A DNA stretch of 64,000 nucleotides, taken from contig JAYWIR010000014.1 in assembly GCA_036172245.1 (NCBI GenBank), positions 2,418,001 through 2,482,000 of the forward strand, in the 5' to 3' direction. Each line of letters starts with the position of its first letter. The stretch's first letter is position 1. This document shows positions 37,801-51,744 of this stretch, one piece after another. The translations under genes and the position numbers were made by a program. Source of the DNA: Raillietiella orientalis (Eukaryota). Below the pieces are notes generated by a model. The model searched no databases. It saw only the letters and a list, made by a program, of their open reading frames with translations, and was not told the origin of the DNA.

Positions 37801-39039
37801 CGCCATCGCGGCTTCCTGGGGGCAGGTGACAGGAGCGCGACGTCCCGCCCCGTGCATCGCGCGCGCATCGAAGCAGGACAGACACCCAGCAAGGACGAGA
37901 GGAGTAGAGTGGTCCGCCGGGAGGAGCGCCCGATCCCCATTCCCAGGCGAGGAGGAGGGAACAAGGGAGGTGTAGGGCCCACCCGTCTCACTGAAACCCG
38001 ACCGGAGGTTTCCCGGGGAATGGAGGAAACCGTCCTTTTCTACTCCGCTTGGCACCCAGGGGTGCCCTCGGGTTCAATGCCTGGCCCCCCTAGGGACGCC
38101 TAGCGAGAGATTTCGCAGAGTCGCGAGAGAATTCCGACAGCAGCGGAGGCCAAGGTCACCCGCGAGGAGGGTCGGATGCTCCTCTTCCGCGCGTCTCCTC
38201 CTGCCCTTTGGTGCTGCTGGACTCGCAACAGCAGCAGGCATCACCGTCGGAGGCACGTCCCAAAGGGTTCGCTCTCCGTTTTCCTCTCCCGCGGTTGCCA
38301 GGGACAACGCAGAAAGCGGCGAGGGGCTTTTCTTCTCCCAACGGTACTTTGGAACGGAAGAGCATGCCGAGCACAGGAAACCACTCCTGGAGCACCCCTG
38401 GCAGTCTGACGAACAACCGAGGTGCTCTTGCTCCCCCTCGTGGACCACCGGAAGAAGGCCGTCCCCAAGCCTCCACCTTGAGGTCGCTCTTGCCTTCAGG
38501 AGAGCAGCGCCTTGGGCGACGCGGCGCGCACTGCCTCAGCTCGAAGCTTCTCCAGGCGAAGACAGCTGTGTGAGAAGTCGCGTTGCCACGGCGCAGCTCC
38601 CGTGGCCGAACAGCTTGCCTCCCGACTCTCACCCCTTAAGGTGGGGTGGTGGGGTGGTCAAATTTTGCGCTCACGAAAACGAAGTCTTCCAGCCGACCGT
38701 TTGACCGCCCGCTAAGAACTCAGCGAGGGAGGATGGGCGTACCGAGGCGAAGCCTCGAATTCTTTCGACTTCTCTTTCTCTGATGGACCACTCCACCGTA
38801 CCTCGGTCTCACGCCCGCGCTCCGAGACGGTCGTGCCGGAAGCCTCGCCTTCGGGGACCTTCCTCCGTGTGGTCCTCGCACGGTCAAGACGGCTGCTGCG
38901 TAGCCAGGCAGGTCGCGTCCCTGGGGACGGGCAGGGCTTACGAGTGGCGGCAAGCGAAAGAGCGCGAAGGCTCCTCGGAGAGCTTCCCGGAGTACAGGCG
39001 CGCCTGTGGAGCCCTGGAAGTCGCGGAGCCGAAGAGGAG

Positions 39040-39650
39040 AACTCTCTTTCGGGAAACCCTTCCTCCGGGAGCGAAGCCTGCCGGCCGAGAGAGTTCCCCA
39101 TCTTGCCGCTACTCAGGAGACGCGCTGCCAACGAGCGGCAGCGCTAGGCAGACCTCCGCCTGCAGTCGTGGCGGGCTTTCCCACCACCGCGCGCCCTTTC
39201 CAGCCACCCGCCGCCTTTCCGATGCTACGCACACGGAGGCCGAGGTTGTGGTGGCCTGCATGAGGCGGCGCGCAATCTCCTCTCCCGCCGCCGGGACGCT
39301 GGGAGCTTCCGTCTGGAGTCGGAGGGTCCCGGAAGGGAAACTGAGGGAAGCGATGCTCCTGGAGAGGGAGAGGGACTACTGCTCGGCACCCCAGCACTTG
39401 CAGGGAAGTAAGGTGGAGGGACGATCCGGACTCCTGACCGCCGTCCTGGGAGCAGTGCTCCCGCCTGGGGAGGAGAAACACAAGATGACCTCGGTTATCC
39501 TATAGAAGACGATGAGTTCTCTGCAGACCATGGATCCCGAGCATCTTGGTCCCGGCTGAGCTCCACTTGCTTTTCGAGAGGAGGAGGAGACAAGATGGAG
39601 GTGGGAAATCTCGGTAGCAGCAGCTGGTATGAGGAGGAGGATGGGAAGGG
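39040..39650 (+). pseudogene. Possible packaging ATPase remnant, element D
   Basis: LSGNPSSGS, frameshifted VIL/IEDD (~39494-39513) and STCFSRG. Walker A-B spacing is longer than expected. Confidence 0.22.
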
Positions 39651-41639
39651 CGGCAGGAGAGGAGGAGGCCTCCGCTTCCAATGGAAATCGGAAGGGGGGA
39701 GGGGGGGGAGACGGAGGAGTCCCACGCTCGCTACTCCGTCGTCCCCAGGGCGCACGGACCAACGGGTTTCGACGCCCCGGAAGCTCTGCGGACTCCGAGC
39801 GGTTCCGGGAGGCGCCGCCGCCAAGCCGGAGGGAGGAAGCGCGGACGGCGGCTGCTGTGACTTGGTCCGGAGCGACGGCTCTTCCGGAATGTCATCCTCC
39901 AGAAGGGAAGGGGGAAACGAGGAGGTCGAGAGACGGATGAGGCGGTTCCCTATCCGCCCTCCACCTTCCTCCCTCCCAGACAGGTCTCACCAAGGTGATT
40001 CTTTGTCTCTGGACTCGAATCAGGGAAGAGAAGGGATGGCCACCGGGAATTTCCGGCCTCCGGTAGACTCCCGGGAGCGCGCGACCGTCTTCCGGCGAGG
40101 GAGGGGAGAGGGAGTTCCCAGGCCGGCCGGCCCTGACGCAGAGCAGGCAGCGTGAAAGTGAAGGCGAAGTCACGAGGAGCGTTGCCAGCGGAAACAAAGT
40201 CGGTCGGTGGAGCTCCCATGGAAATGAAAGAACCCAGGCGAAGGCCACCCTACAACGCGCTTGGTACGGAACAGTGACGCGTGCGGTTCTGTACTGTCTC
40301 AGCTCCGAAATGGTACAGCACTGTGCACTTATGGTACTCCATTAAGTGTACGTGCGGCGGACCAGGCTGCTGGCAGATCCACTCCGGGGCAGCGCCGGCG
40401 GCGTGCGTCCCCGATCGCTGGAGCCCCAAGTGGGCGCATCTGCACGCGCCTCGCCTCCCGGACGGCCCTCTGGAATTTGACTCTTTCTGACCCCATTCCA
40501 CGCCCAGGGCGTCCCGAGTTTCCTTCTCTCCTTCGCGGACCCCAAGAGTCTGGAGCTCCCGTGACGCGGATGCGCCCATACCTCCCTAATCCCCCCTCCC
40601 CCCTCATCCTCATGTTGGTCGCCCCTCTCTGCCGGATCTCCCACCACCCGTCGCCTCCCATGGGAAATCCGAGGAAGTTTCCCGTGCTCTCAAAACCCGC
40701 AAATCAGATGACCACGGGAATCATGGGAGGCTCTCAGCGCCACAAGGGAGACGGGACTGCGAACGTTGTACCTTCTCGCCCTTCCGTGCCTCCCCTAGTC
40801 CCTACCTCGTCTCTTCTTCAACTTCCCCTCATATCAAGTAACCACAAGACTCCTCACGACCTCATAAACGGGCGGGACTCGGGAAAGCCTCCCCTACTCC
40901 CAATGACTCCGGCAGCTGAGGATCTCGGGACTGATCACGGGATACTCCCTAAGAAATAAAGATCATTCCCGCCCTCAGAAATTCCTCAATTTAAATGCCT
41001 GTAGATTCCCCAGTCATTTCTTTTTCTTTGCTTGTGCGTGCGTGCGTGCGTGCCTTTCCTCCCCCTCTTTCCTTCCTTTCTTCTCGTTTCCTGGTTTCCC
41101 TTGCGGCGAGAGCGGTTCGCAGCAGTCGCAGCATCTCGTACGGGCTGTGTACACAGCTTGCGCAAGGTGCCTTCGAGCACTCGGTTGCGCGCAATGCAGC
41201 ACTCGTATCGTGGTCACCAGGTGGGTCAGTCTCTTACATGAGTCGGGCGAATAACATCGCGTGCTGATTAGGAACGCGCGAATAGCTTGGGCACGCGTGC
41301 GGTGCAGGCAGGACACTTGGCTACAGACGCGTGAACACCATTGCAAAAGCATGCTCCTTTTTCTGGACAGTTTCAAGGGCTACTAGAGGGATTTCGGGGG
41401 ACCGCGTCTGGTCATCGCGTCCTCCATCTCCGGTGCATCCTGGTTCGCCGGAGTTCTCTCTCTCTTGTGCGTGGGTTTACCCGGGAAATGGCGCGGGGAG
41501 ACTGGCCGCGGCGAGGCATGAAGCCAGCGCCATCTCGCTTCGCTCCGAGGAACTAGCATGAGACCGGCGACTCCGAGGCGCGCTTCTCACCAAGTTTCAA
41601 ACTGCTCGCGCCCTTCCCCTCAGCGAGCAGCGCTCCCAC

Positions 41640-42300
41640 CCACACCCTACTTCTTTGCTTGTCACTCACTGCAAACACAGTCACCTATCCACTTCGCAGA
41701 TCCACAAATGCCCGTCTCGTAAACAAACTTCCCGCTCCTTCCATTGACTGGCCGAGGGAGCGGCTTCACGATCGAACGGGCGCTTCCTGCCGCTGGAACC
41801 AGTGCGCTTCCCGCCGCCACCTCAGCGCCTCTGAGCATCTCCCCGACGCTTCGGCAGGTGAAGCAGGGATAGAACTCTGCGGAAACTCCCAAGCAGCCTG
41901 GAAACCCAGGACCACCGAGAGGGAGTCCCTCACGACGGAATCGCGGACCACGTGGAGGTAACCAGGGCGGGTCTCAGGTTGCGTGACGCATGCGTCGCTT
42001 TCCCCTCGGGAAGCACGGAAACCGGACCTGCTCCTCAGCCATTCGGGGAGCAGAGAAAAGATGGCTTGCTCCGGTTCCTCCGCATCGGAGGAGGACAGGA
42101 CGGCTGCTGGTGGCCGGGCAACGTTTCTCCAGAGGCGCGTTCCGTAGCGGAGCCACGCGAGAAAGGAAAGGGGTAGCGATGTCTCCTCCCTTCGAAGCGG
42201 CGACGCGGCTCTGGCAAGAGCGGTGCCCTTCTATCCGGGGGCAGGACTCTCCTCGGAACTCGGGCGCGCTATCGAAGGAACCAAGGAGGCCCACACCTGA
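41640..42300 (+). pseudogene. Minor capsid (penton-like) remnant, element D
   Basis: LSLTANTVTYP..TNARLVNKLPAP, PQPFGEQRKDGLLRFL and VAEP..LLP. Confidence 0.45.
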
Positions 42301-42959
42301 CGATGGGATCGACACTAATGGACACCACTGATCGGAGGTCTCGAGAGCGGGGCGTAGTGCGGAACACGTCAAACGATCCCAGCAAGGGGGAAAAAAAGAG
42401 AAGGAAGAAGCGAGAGGGAGAAGGAGGAGGAGGAGGAAGGGAGGATGAGAGATTTTCCAGGATTAGGAAACCTGCCTCTCCCTCCTGAGCCACCCGACCG
42501 GTGCCTTCTCCTTCCTGGTCCTCCGCTTGCGTGCCCGAGGTCCAACTTTCGAGTCCTCCATTCCAGGAGCCTCTCTCACCACCGCTCTGCCCCGTGGGTG
42601 AAGCTCCAAGTTCCGGAGGTCGGTCCAGTGCGACCTCGCCCTGCGTGTTGCGTGCTCTCATCTCGAGGCTTTCTTCTCCCCTCACGAACTGTCCGGGGCA
42701 TTGCCATGCGAGTCGGTTCCCGTGTCCCGCTGACGCTCTCTAAGTGAGGCGGAGATGGACCTGTCCCCATCAAGCAGGCAGGCATCCTTGTCCCACGAGG
42801 CGCCCAGCTGCGAGGTGGATTCCCGAGGAAGAGGAAAGGATCGGCGTTGCTAGGCGACTGGGAAGGCGGCGCCTCCTCAAGCGGCTTCCTGCAGGCGACA
42901 GAAGTGAGGGAGCGAGGGGGGGGGGGAGTTCTTGCTGACGACAGTCATGGGCGCGACGG

Positions 42960-45300
42960 ATCCAACGGAGCTTCCGCCGTCTTTCTAGGAGAATATACCC
43001 TTCAAGGCCATTGCTGGGCTCGGGAGGGGGGGATGCTCTGGAGTCGCCGTCCTGGCGGAAGGCAACCCACTCCAGCCGAAGGACATCTGGTATGCGGGGT
43101 CGGAGGCTGCGCCGTACTGCAGCATTCTTGCGCTTTCCAGAGGTCGCGATGACCCTTCCCAGGTTTCTGAGAGGCGGATGCAGTAGTACGGGGTCAGCCC
43201 CTGCTCCGGGGAGACTCTCGACCCCTCCAGGGGGGCGTGTGTAGGCTCGACAGCTTCCTTCCCTCGAGGCAGCGCTGCACGGCCCAGAGGGCTCGCGGTG
43301 GCGGTGCTTTCCCCCGGGAGACCGCACAGAACCAGGACGCGCCCCGACCTCAAGGACCGGTCCTCGATCCCCAGGATACAGGGGCTGCGGCAGCTCTAGA
43401 TAGAGGGGGCGGGGACTTTGGGGCCGCGAGAGCTCCCTCGGGTCGTGCGATGCCGATGGAGGTAGGGAGGAAAGGAGAGAAGATTTTCCTAAGGGGGGAG
43501 GGGGATTTGCGATGGACAAGGCCGCCTCCAGCGAAGGACATGCGGGGAGAAAGACCGGGAGGAGGTCAGTCCGCTGCCCCGACGGACGGTGATGCGCTGT
43601 GGCAGCAGGGCAAGTGCGGGGAGGCTCGGGAGCCCCGTTCGGAGTCAGGAAGTGGGGCGGAGGCGGACAAAGGGACTCTCGGGGGGCCCTCACGGGTGCG
43701 CAAGGAGGACCCTGACTGCACTATGCGCAGCCCGCCGGACGGCTGCTTGCCCGAGGTCGCCCGGAGCTTCCCTGTCCTCCTCTCCGTTTCCAGATGAATT
43801 CCCGTGAGATCGCTGGCAGAGTGCACCAGATCCCTGAGGGAGAAAGGGAAGGGGGGAAGGCAGGCTCGGCCGCTTGGGATGCTGTTCTCTGAGGAGCACT
43901 TGGGGGGGGCGCGCTCATCTGCTTGCGCCCTCACCGGGCGTCGCGCGCGCCGCGGGAGGAAGACTTCGAGGAGAACGCGCCACCTATGACGGATGCAAAG
44001 GTCGTCCCCACAGCGCTCCTCCCACTTCCGGGAGCGATGGGTTCTGGCATGATGGATGGCGCTGCAAGCGCGAGGCGGGGAAGGGAAGCTCCGGGGTGAG
44101 GCAATAGCAGATGAGCGTCCCTTTCGAGGCACCCCTCCTCCCCCACCCCCTTCCCTTCCTCCCTTTCCCCTCTGCCGGAAACGGGGATGGAAAAATGACC
44201 TTTCCGCCTCCTCCTCCTCCTGCCGTCTCTTTTCCGGCGGTTCGCTTCCCGGAGGGAAGCGGGACGTCCGGGGAGAACCCGCTCTCGCGCGGGGATCTCA
44301 GCTGCTCCACTCCGGTACGGTGGCTGGGCGCTCCATCAATCACGGACAGAACGGGAAGAGCCAATCAATCAGGCACCGGCGACAGCGTCTCGCAGATGGA
44401 GGGGATCTACCAGGAGGAGGAAGGGCGAGGGTCCAGTCCTCCTTGCTCTCAGGGATAGTCCGCCTAGGAACATCCCGCGAAGGACAGTGCTGAGTCCTCC
44501 TGCAGCGCAGCAGCGGCCGGTGGGGACAGCGGCTGAGGGCACAAAAGGGTTTGCGCGCGGGCACGTCCGATCGATGCGGCTCGGCGTTTCGAAGGCGGTC
44601 AGCGGGAGGAGGAGAGGCAGGAACGCGCGCTTCTTTCGGTCAGGCGGGAGAACCAGCCGAAGGGAGGAGGAGAAAGGAAGAAGGGAGGAGGAGGAGGAAG
44701 GGAGGAAGGGAGGGGAACGAGGAGAGGAGGAAGGAAGAGAGAAAAGGAAGAAGGGAGCAGGAAGGTAGAAAGAAGAAGGAAGAGGGAGAGGAGGAAGACA
44801 GGAGGAGCAGCCACAGACTTGCTCGCCGGCGCGACCGCCGCACCAAGTCGCGGTGACGTTGACCTCTGCGAGCGGGCAAACAGGCACTTTCCGTAGTCGC
44901 CATCTCCAGGGAGCGAAAGATGACTCTGTGGCCATGCGGGTGATGGTGGACTCCCTGACCTAAGAGAAGCGGACCTTCCATTCCCTCTCTTCGTCTTCTT
45001 CTCCTTCCCTTTGCGTCAGAACGTCGTCGCATCCTCTCGTGCGAACCAGGGGGAGGGAGATCCGGTCACCCGTGCGGGAGAGGGGAGACCACTACACGCA
45101 CTCGTCCCCGCGTGGTCTCCCCTCGTCCGCACCCCATCCCCAGGGCCAGACCCCTCCCCACCCCCGGCAGCGCGGACCGGTCCGCTGCTACTGCGGCCGT
45201 CCGCCTGCCTGTTGAGGAGGAACTTTAGCCGTCCTAGCAAAGGGCATTCCGAGGCGCGAGTTCTTCCCGAGCAGTGGCTCGGCCTGTGCAGCCTCAGATG
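42960..45300 (-). pseudogene. Major capsid-like remnant, element D (interrupted by purine-rich tracts)
   Basis: PLLGRLKFLLNRQ, GPLLLG..GHRVIFRSL, TPYYCIRLS and NGLEGYILLERR. Confidence 0.3.
44655..44810. repeat. Purine-rich (GGA/GAA) low-complexity tract
   Basis: Nearly pure A/G run on the plus strand. Confidence 0.85.
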
Positions 45301-46849
45301 CAAGGGTGGAGGTGGGGGTGTGGCAGATCCCCTGACGGTTCGCGCCTATCCCCGGAGTTGAGAATGGGGAGGCGGCGGAGGCGAAGAGCCCAGGCGAGGG
45401 GGAAGCGCGTTCGGTCGGATATCGGGTGGGGCGACGGAGGCACCCCGCCCCTCAGGCAACCGCGCGGGTCGGCGGAGGAGCAGCAGAGGCAGAGGAGGAG
45501 AAAGGGGAGGAGGGGGGGAACGGGAGGGAATTCCGTTACAATAGGAGAGGGCAGTGGCAGCGTGGGGTCGGTCCCCGGTAGGGCACGCGAAAGGCGGGGG
45601 TCGGGAGGGGACAGGTAGCGAGGGTGGGTGGGGCGGCGTTCGCCTCCAGGCGCAGTTCGGAGGCGCTTCAACGGCCGTTCGCGAGCCGGGCAACGAGGTC
45701 TCCAGAGGTAACGGTCGCCTCGTTGTCCGACTCCCGCCGAACCGCCCTGAGGCAGAATGCAACTTGGTGGGGTGGGACGTCGCAGGAGGGGGTGGAGGGT
45801 AGGAGAGGGAGGTGGAGGGGTGGGGGACTTGGAGAGCGCCATTGCAACCTGGGTACCCAGCCGGAAGGACACGCCGAGCCCACGTGGGGGCGAACTGGCC
45901 CTTCTTCCGCACGCTCGCCGCAAAAGGGGTCCAGGGTTCTGGAGAGCGTGCGGGTTACCTTCCGATGCCGCGGAAGAAAACCAGGTGCCGGCCCATCGCC
46001 ACGGAAACGGATACTTGGCTGCAGGGAGGGGGAGCATCGAAGAGGTTCCGAGCTCTCCCGTCGCAGCGGGAGGAGCATCCATTCAAGATGGAAGGGGTCG
46101 GGTCGGGAGGGGGGGAAGCTGCCCCCTTTCCTCCTCCTCCTCCTCCTCCTCTTCGTTGTCTCCGTCTTTTGGGGGTACCCAGAGGGCGCGCGAGCGGCCG
46201 CTTCCAGTGCCAAGTGGGCGCGATCGGGAGAGGTTGGGCGGTGAGAGACCGGCATTCCTCGCGCGACGCCGAGAGGAATCGAGCGCAGCCGGATGAATGA
46301 CGTCACGGGCGCGAGCGCCTCTCATTCCGCGCCTTGGCGACGATGCGCGGCGCTCGCGATGGCCAGAGAGGCGTGGCAATCAGCTCGCCCGGCTTCGTGA
46401 GAGCGCGCTTGCGCGTGCACCCAGCTCTCCCTCCCGGTTGCCATGCGACGGCGACGTGGGTGCGACCGTGCGAAAACGGAGCCGGGCATGCCGAAAAAGT
46501 GTCCTCGGAAACGAGCGACGTTTCCTAGGAATCTTCCCGGAAACAAAAGGCGGAGAAAGGGGGAGGAAAAAGAGAGAATTGCAGGAACGGGGAATCCACT
46601 TTTTGATTTCATTCCCGGCGAAGGATGGGGGGGATACGAAAAAAAGGAGAGAGAAACCTCCTGCTGGCACCCCTACCGGATGGGACAGAAACCCATTGAG
46701 CAGGATTTGAAAATGCACCTGGACAAAGCGTTCCTTCGCGTGCAGGAAAGCCCCTTGAAGTCGGACCGGCCCCATCACGATGGCGCAGGAAGTGGGAAGG
46801 AATTTGGAAAAGAAGCTGCTAGCGTGATACCAGTGAGGTGGGTCCGACG

Positions 46850-47900
46850 CCGAGGTGCGATAGAAGAGCTTCCTGCGACACCCGGAATGCGGGGTTTCAC
46901 GTCAGGAGCGTTTAGCAGGGCGAATCTCTGCGAATGCCAGTGTGCGTGTGGCAACCCTGCACGGTCGGCTTGGCCGAGACTGCTTGCTCGCTGCCCGAAG
47001 TGGAATGCCTCTTGCTCCGTCTCGGATGCGCGTGGGACGCGCATGCGCAGAGAGCGCATGCTGAGATTCATGCCTGGAAATGCGGACGGCGTTTCCTTTG
47101 CGGAAGGTCAGCTGTCGGGCTTTCCCGATGGGAGCGTGTTCCAGTCGATGGAAGTGGTGATTGCGATGCCCCCAGCTCGGTGTGTGCGACGGTTCGGAAA
47201 CGAAGGCGGAGCATACCGGTGGTGATGCCACACAATTTGGAACACCGGCAAGAGAAGAAGCCAGAGAAGATGGGAGGAGACGAGCGCACCGTTCCGGAAG
47301 AGGAACGATTTTCGAGCTGAAAGCCAGGTCCACGTCTTGCTAGGGACCTCTCTGCTCTTGGCGGGTTTCGCTTCGGCGGAGGCATTTGTTAGCTGCCTTC
47401 TGTTTGTTAGGTTGCGTGCCACTCACCCCCTCGACTGCGCGGATAGGCGACACCAAGGGTCAGGGCGTGACCTTTCCTTTCCTTGGCAACATTCGCCCGA
47501 AGATTGCTTTTCCTTGGTACAGCTTCTTCGTGGAGTCTGAATGGGTAGCTGAACAACGAAAACACCACCGAGGTCTTTTTCACCTTGAGTTCACGGCGAA
47601 AAGCACACGCCGCTCCTCGTTGGGAAGTTTCCCTAGGATTTCGGACGGTCATCAGAGAGGAACATCCTGACTGTTTATCAAAGTGGTGGCTGCAAAGGCA
47701 CCGCATCTTTCAAAGCGTCCAGTCTGTGCAACTTCAAACGAGTCATCTTTTAGAATTGTACCGCTGGTAACCTTCATGGTCTCCACCTCGCATCGGGAAA
47801 CTCTGGCGTCACCGGCCTTGATGGAATAGCTCCGGGGAGGGAGGGTACTTCTGAACGATTCTGACGAAAGGGAATCCTCCATCTTGCCTCTTACAACGTC
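46850..47900 (-). pseudogene. L1/Tx1-type ORF1 remnant
   Basis: SVVFSLFSYPFRLHEEAV, MRSLRMRVP and AFHFGQ, followed by a decayed CCHC-like segment. Confidence 0.4.
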
Positions 47901-49149
47901 ACCAAACGTCACCGCAGGTGTTGGGAATGCTGCTGAGATATGACGTAAGCGATGAAAAGTGGTTACGGACTGTTGGGCAAGCACTTGGCTCGCAATGAGA
48001 TCAGATAATGAAATAAAGAAAATGCGAATCATCTTCCCCGAAGCATCTTTTAGACAACTTTTTGAGCAATCCACGTGTACTGAACGTAACTGGAGCGTAC
48101 ATGGTACATGTATGCACGTGTTGGGTGCTCAACGAGAATCGCTTGTTAATTGCATCTTCGAGGGCATCGCCGATGTGCATTTCATCCCCACAATAGAGGG
48201 TATTTAATTACATCAATCACTCTGGAGTATATCATCAAATGCTAAGGAGCAAGGCGCCATTCTAAGCAGTTTTCCATAATCGCAATATTATGGATACCTT
48301 ACGAGATCCGATCGTATTCGCGTCCATATTTGGAGTAGAGAACCTCCACGGAAGAAGACAAAGAACAAAACGATGGCAGGAGTGAACTTTCATACGGACG
48401 CTGATTCGGGTTCAAACTTGCCGTTTGGAATAAACCTAATCTAGCGTTTTCCACTAGAGCATAATATCGAATTTGAAATGCACGTTCCTTGTTGTTTTTT
48501 CCTTTCCTAGTTTCCCATAACGGAAAGGAAAAAAAAATTGGCATTTCATTTTTCTATAGGTGTACGTTTACATCCGCAGCAGCAGCAAAAAGGTGTGTGC
48601 CAGCACCGTCTCCGGTCTTCAGGCGGAACTGCAAATCACAGCGGTGGTTGAGGTCGGTCCGTTTCGAAGCTACTGATGCTGCATGACTACCCTGATCACT
48701 TTCCATGATCCGGAAAGCACTCTAAAATTATTGGCTTTTTCTATCCGGAGAAGAGGAATAAAGCAATCGTAGCTCCGCCTTGCGAGGTGAATTCTGATCG
48801 TAGATTAGGAATCGTAGATTGGATTCATCGTAGAACCGGATTTTGCTGTTTGTACTGCCAGGAAAGACGGGGAAAAATTGAATCTATTTTTTTTTTTTTT
48901 TTCTCTGGGAAAGGGGACAGCTGACCGGCGACACAAAGGCAGCACACGAACACGGCAGGCATTGCCAAGAGTAAGGCGGCTCAGTTTCCGACGCTCTCTT
49001 GGCCGGAAACCTTTTCGACAGCACACAGGTCGACACGCTGTGTTCGAAGTTTGATCGTAGATTAGGTAGAGAGGAATACAGAATCGTAGATCCCACCTTG
49101 CAAGATTTTTTTTTTTTTTTTTAAAAAAAAATAATAATCTCGTACTCAC

Positions 49150-49870
49150 CTCGCAGGGTGAATCCGTGTGAGTCCTGCGGAAACAGAAATCTCAGGCAAA
49201 ACACTCACGAGTGTTCGCTGTTGCAAGAGATTGCTCCTCGCACACTCTCTCTCTCTAAAAGGCTGTAAAGCCAGAAGCACGCAGGCAGAGCGGGCGAAAC
49301 GCGAGCAAGGACGGGAAGATGACGCCGAGGCGCGTTGGCGCCGCTGCTCATCAGAGCAAGAGACGCTTGCTGTATGGCTTCTGCTGCGAACAGGTTCGCG
49401 TAGGTTCCCGACCTATATTTCGGGGCTGGTCGTGCAGAGGTGATCCCACCTCCCGGCCCCGATTTCCTGCGAAACGTCTCCGAGCGGGTCCATCCGGGCG
49501 CTTCCACGCAATCGCTCGCCTCCCGTCCGCGCGCAATGGACTCGGCCACTTTCCGCGGTTGCCGCGCGACTGCAGCAGTGGGAAATGCGCTCGGAACGTG
49601 GGATGTGCTGCGGGGAAGGATGCTGCGCGAATTGTAACGAAAGTGAAAACGTAGCCGATTTTCAGCCAGGAACGGACGGAAGAAATCTGATCGACACGTG
49701 CACAGGTATTTACGAACCCGGGTGCTCCGATCCGCGGCTGCATAAATCATGTCGTCCGCCAACGACGCCATGAGCAAAGGAAGTCGGCGCCTCTAATGAA
49801 GAAGTAAAGGAGTAAAGGAAACGTTCGAAATATTGGAGGATTCGTTTTCCGCATCCGATCTCAGGTATGT
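49150..49870. promoter_or_regulatory. CpG-rich segment bounded by outward-facing splice donors; candidate 5' exon/promoter region
   Basis: Plus donor CAG|GTATGT at 49865. Minus donor GAG|GTGAGT at 49149, preceded by acceptor-like TTTCTGTTTCCGCAG that defines a 25-nt exon 49174-49150. Confidence 0.35.
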
Positions 49871-51149
49871 GCCTTTTTTCTTTTCCTTTTTTTTTTTTTT
49901 TTTTTTTCCTGCGAACTGACCCCCAGCACGATTAATTACCGGATCCATTTTTTTTGTACCCGCGATTCCAAAATTTGCATATATTATGTGTGAGTGCAGC
50001 GAGAAAGTTCAGGTATTCCCTGCTCGTGCTTGAAGGCTACATGCATGTGGGAGTGCTGCACGTACACGAACGAATACACACACACGTGTGCGTGCGTGCA
50101 CTGTCGAAAAGCCAGGAGAGCGCGCGTCGGGAACGGCACGGATTCGCCGGGCTTTGGCAATGCGTTCGTGCGCTGCCTTTTTCCTCGTCGGTCAGCTGTC
50201 CCCTTTCTGGAAAAGGGGGGGAGGAAATCAAATAAATAAATAAATAGGGAACCCGTTTCGCCCCGTCTTTCCCGGCAGTGCAAACAGTGTGAAATCCGGG
50301 TCGTCTTTTTGTGGTCGTCGAGTCCGTCCACCCGGTAGCCAGGAGGAGGAAGGGCGGCGCGCGCGCGTTTTAAAACGGAATGACAGGAAGATGGAAAAAC
50401 AAAGGATCGACCGCATCCTCCGATCTCAAGCTCGAGGCTCAGATGTGTTTGCGGCGTGCACTCTTAATTCTGCCGTTCCTGTTCCACTACTCGATTGTCA
50501 TCACGGCTAAATAGGCATGTACGTGTGTACATTGCTTTTCAAAGGCTCGATCCATTTGTTTTTTTCCGCGTGCGTACGTCATTAGCAAATGGTCGTGTAA
50601 ATGGTCGTAGGGCCGCGTGTATACGTTTAACGAGACCATCCCCAGCGCCGTGGTGCTTGCAGCAGCACTGAAACTCGGCGATCGTAAAAAGGAAAGGAAA
50701 AGAAAGAAAAAAGTGCTCTATTTTAGATGCAAAATTGAATGTGCAGTTGAAAGGGTGCGGATGCCATTGCGAGGGTCCTTGAAGTGGTGGTCCGTCCCTC
50801 TGTGCCTCCGCGCGGCTGCTGCATGCAAAACGCACAAGAAAAATTTGTTTTGCGTTTCTGTTTACACGTCTGTGTCCGTTGTTTGCGTTTTCTGCGTTCT
50901 GTGGTCCCTTTTATGATGGCCGTCCTTTTATGCGTTGGTCTTGAAAGTCCATCGCCCAGCCTTTTCATGTGCGAGTTTTGTTCCCAAAGAGAGAGAGGGG
51001 GGGGGGAGAGGGAGCTCTTCAGGACTTGCGAACTGTGGAATTGCCTATTGTTTTAACAAGTATAATCCAAGCAACTTAGTGCTCATCGATTTCCCATGAG
51101 CACTCAATTGCCGACCTTGTCGGCATCTGAGTTGTGTTTGGCATGAGTC

Positions 51150-51744
51150 GAGGCATGAGCGAGAGGAATGTTTGGAATTCCTGAATCAAATTCCTTCTGC
51201 AAGAATTGGTTGAACGTTCCATCAGCTGTTCTTCAAAATCAAGGACGCAACGAGTTCCCTACCCCACGACTCCTTTTACAGTTTTCTTCCTATAGACTCC
51301 TCATTTTTTTTTTTTTTTTTCCTTTTTCGGGAACGCAAAAAAAAAAAAACTGGACGAATTGTCTGGCGAGAAAGATTCGTTTTATTTAGTCTCTCAAGAA
51401 ATTTCATCGGAGTGACGGGTCCGGATGTGTTTTTTTTTAGGTTCTAAAATTCGAGTTGGGGGCTTATGTATGTACTTGCTACTCTCTCCTTGAAGTACGT
51501 GTATGTTCCCATGCTCTCCACTCCTTGGAATTCCTGAATTCCAAATGTAACACACGAGGCACGCAGAAAGGCAGGGAGACAAGTAAATTGCCAAAGAAAG
51601 CAGTAAAAGCGTTGCTCTTAATCTAATTAAAACGGTCTTGATCTTTGCACAATCTTGTGTATCGAGGAAATGGTAATCCAGGAAAGGGTAGTTGGAACAA
51701 CTTCCGGACACAAACATACGTCTGCACGTCTTCATCAATTGCAT
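51150..51744 (-). pseudogene. Possible packaging ATPase remnant downstream of pPolB B
   Basis: RMFVSGSCSN (Walker A context), VCYIW..NIHVLQG and LILKNS. Confidence 0.3.

Noticed and set aside
37000..46500. Many 150-300 aa Arg/Pro/Gly-rich ORFs as genes
   Set aside because: They overlap in all six frames, as expected from high GC, and none is a recognisable intact protein.
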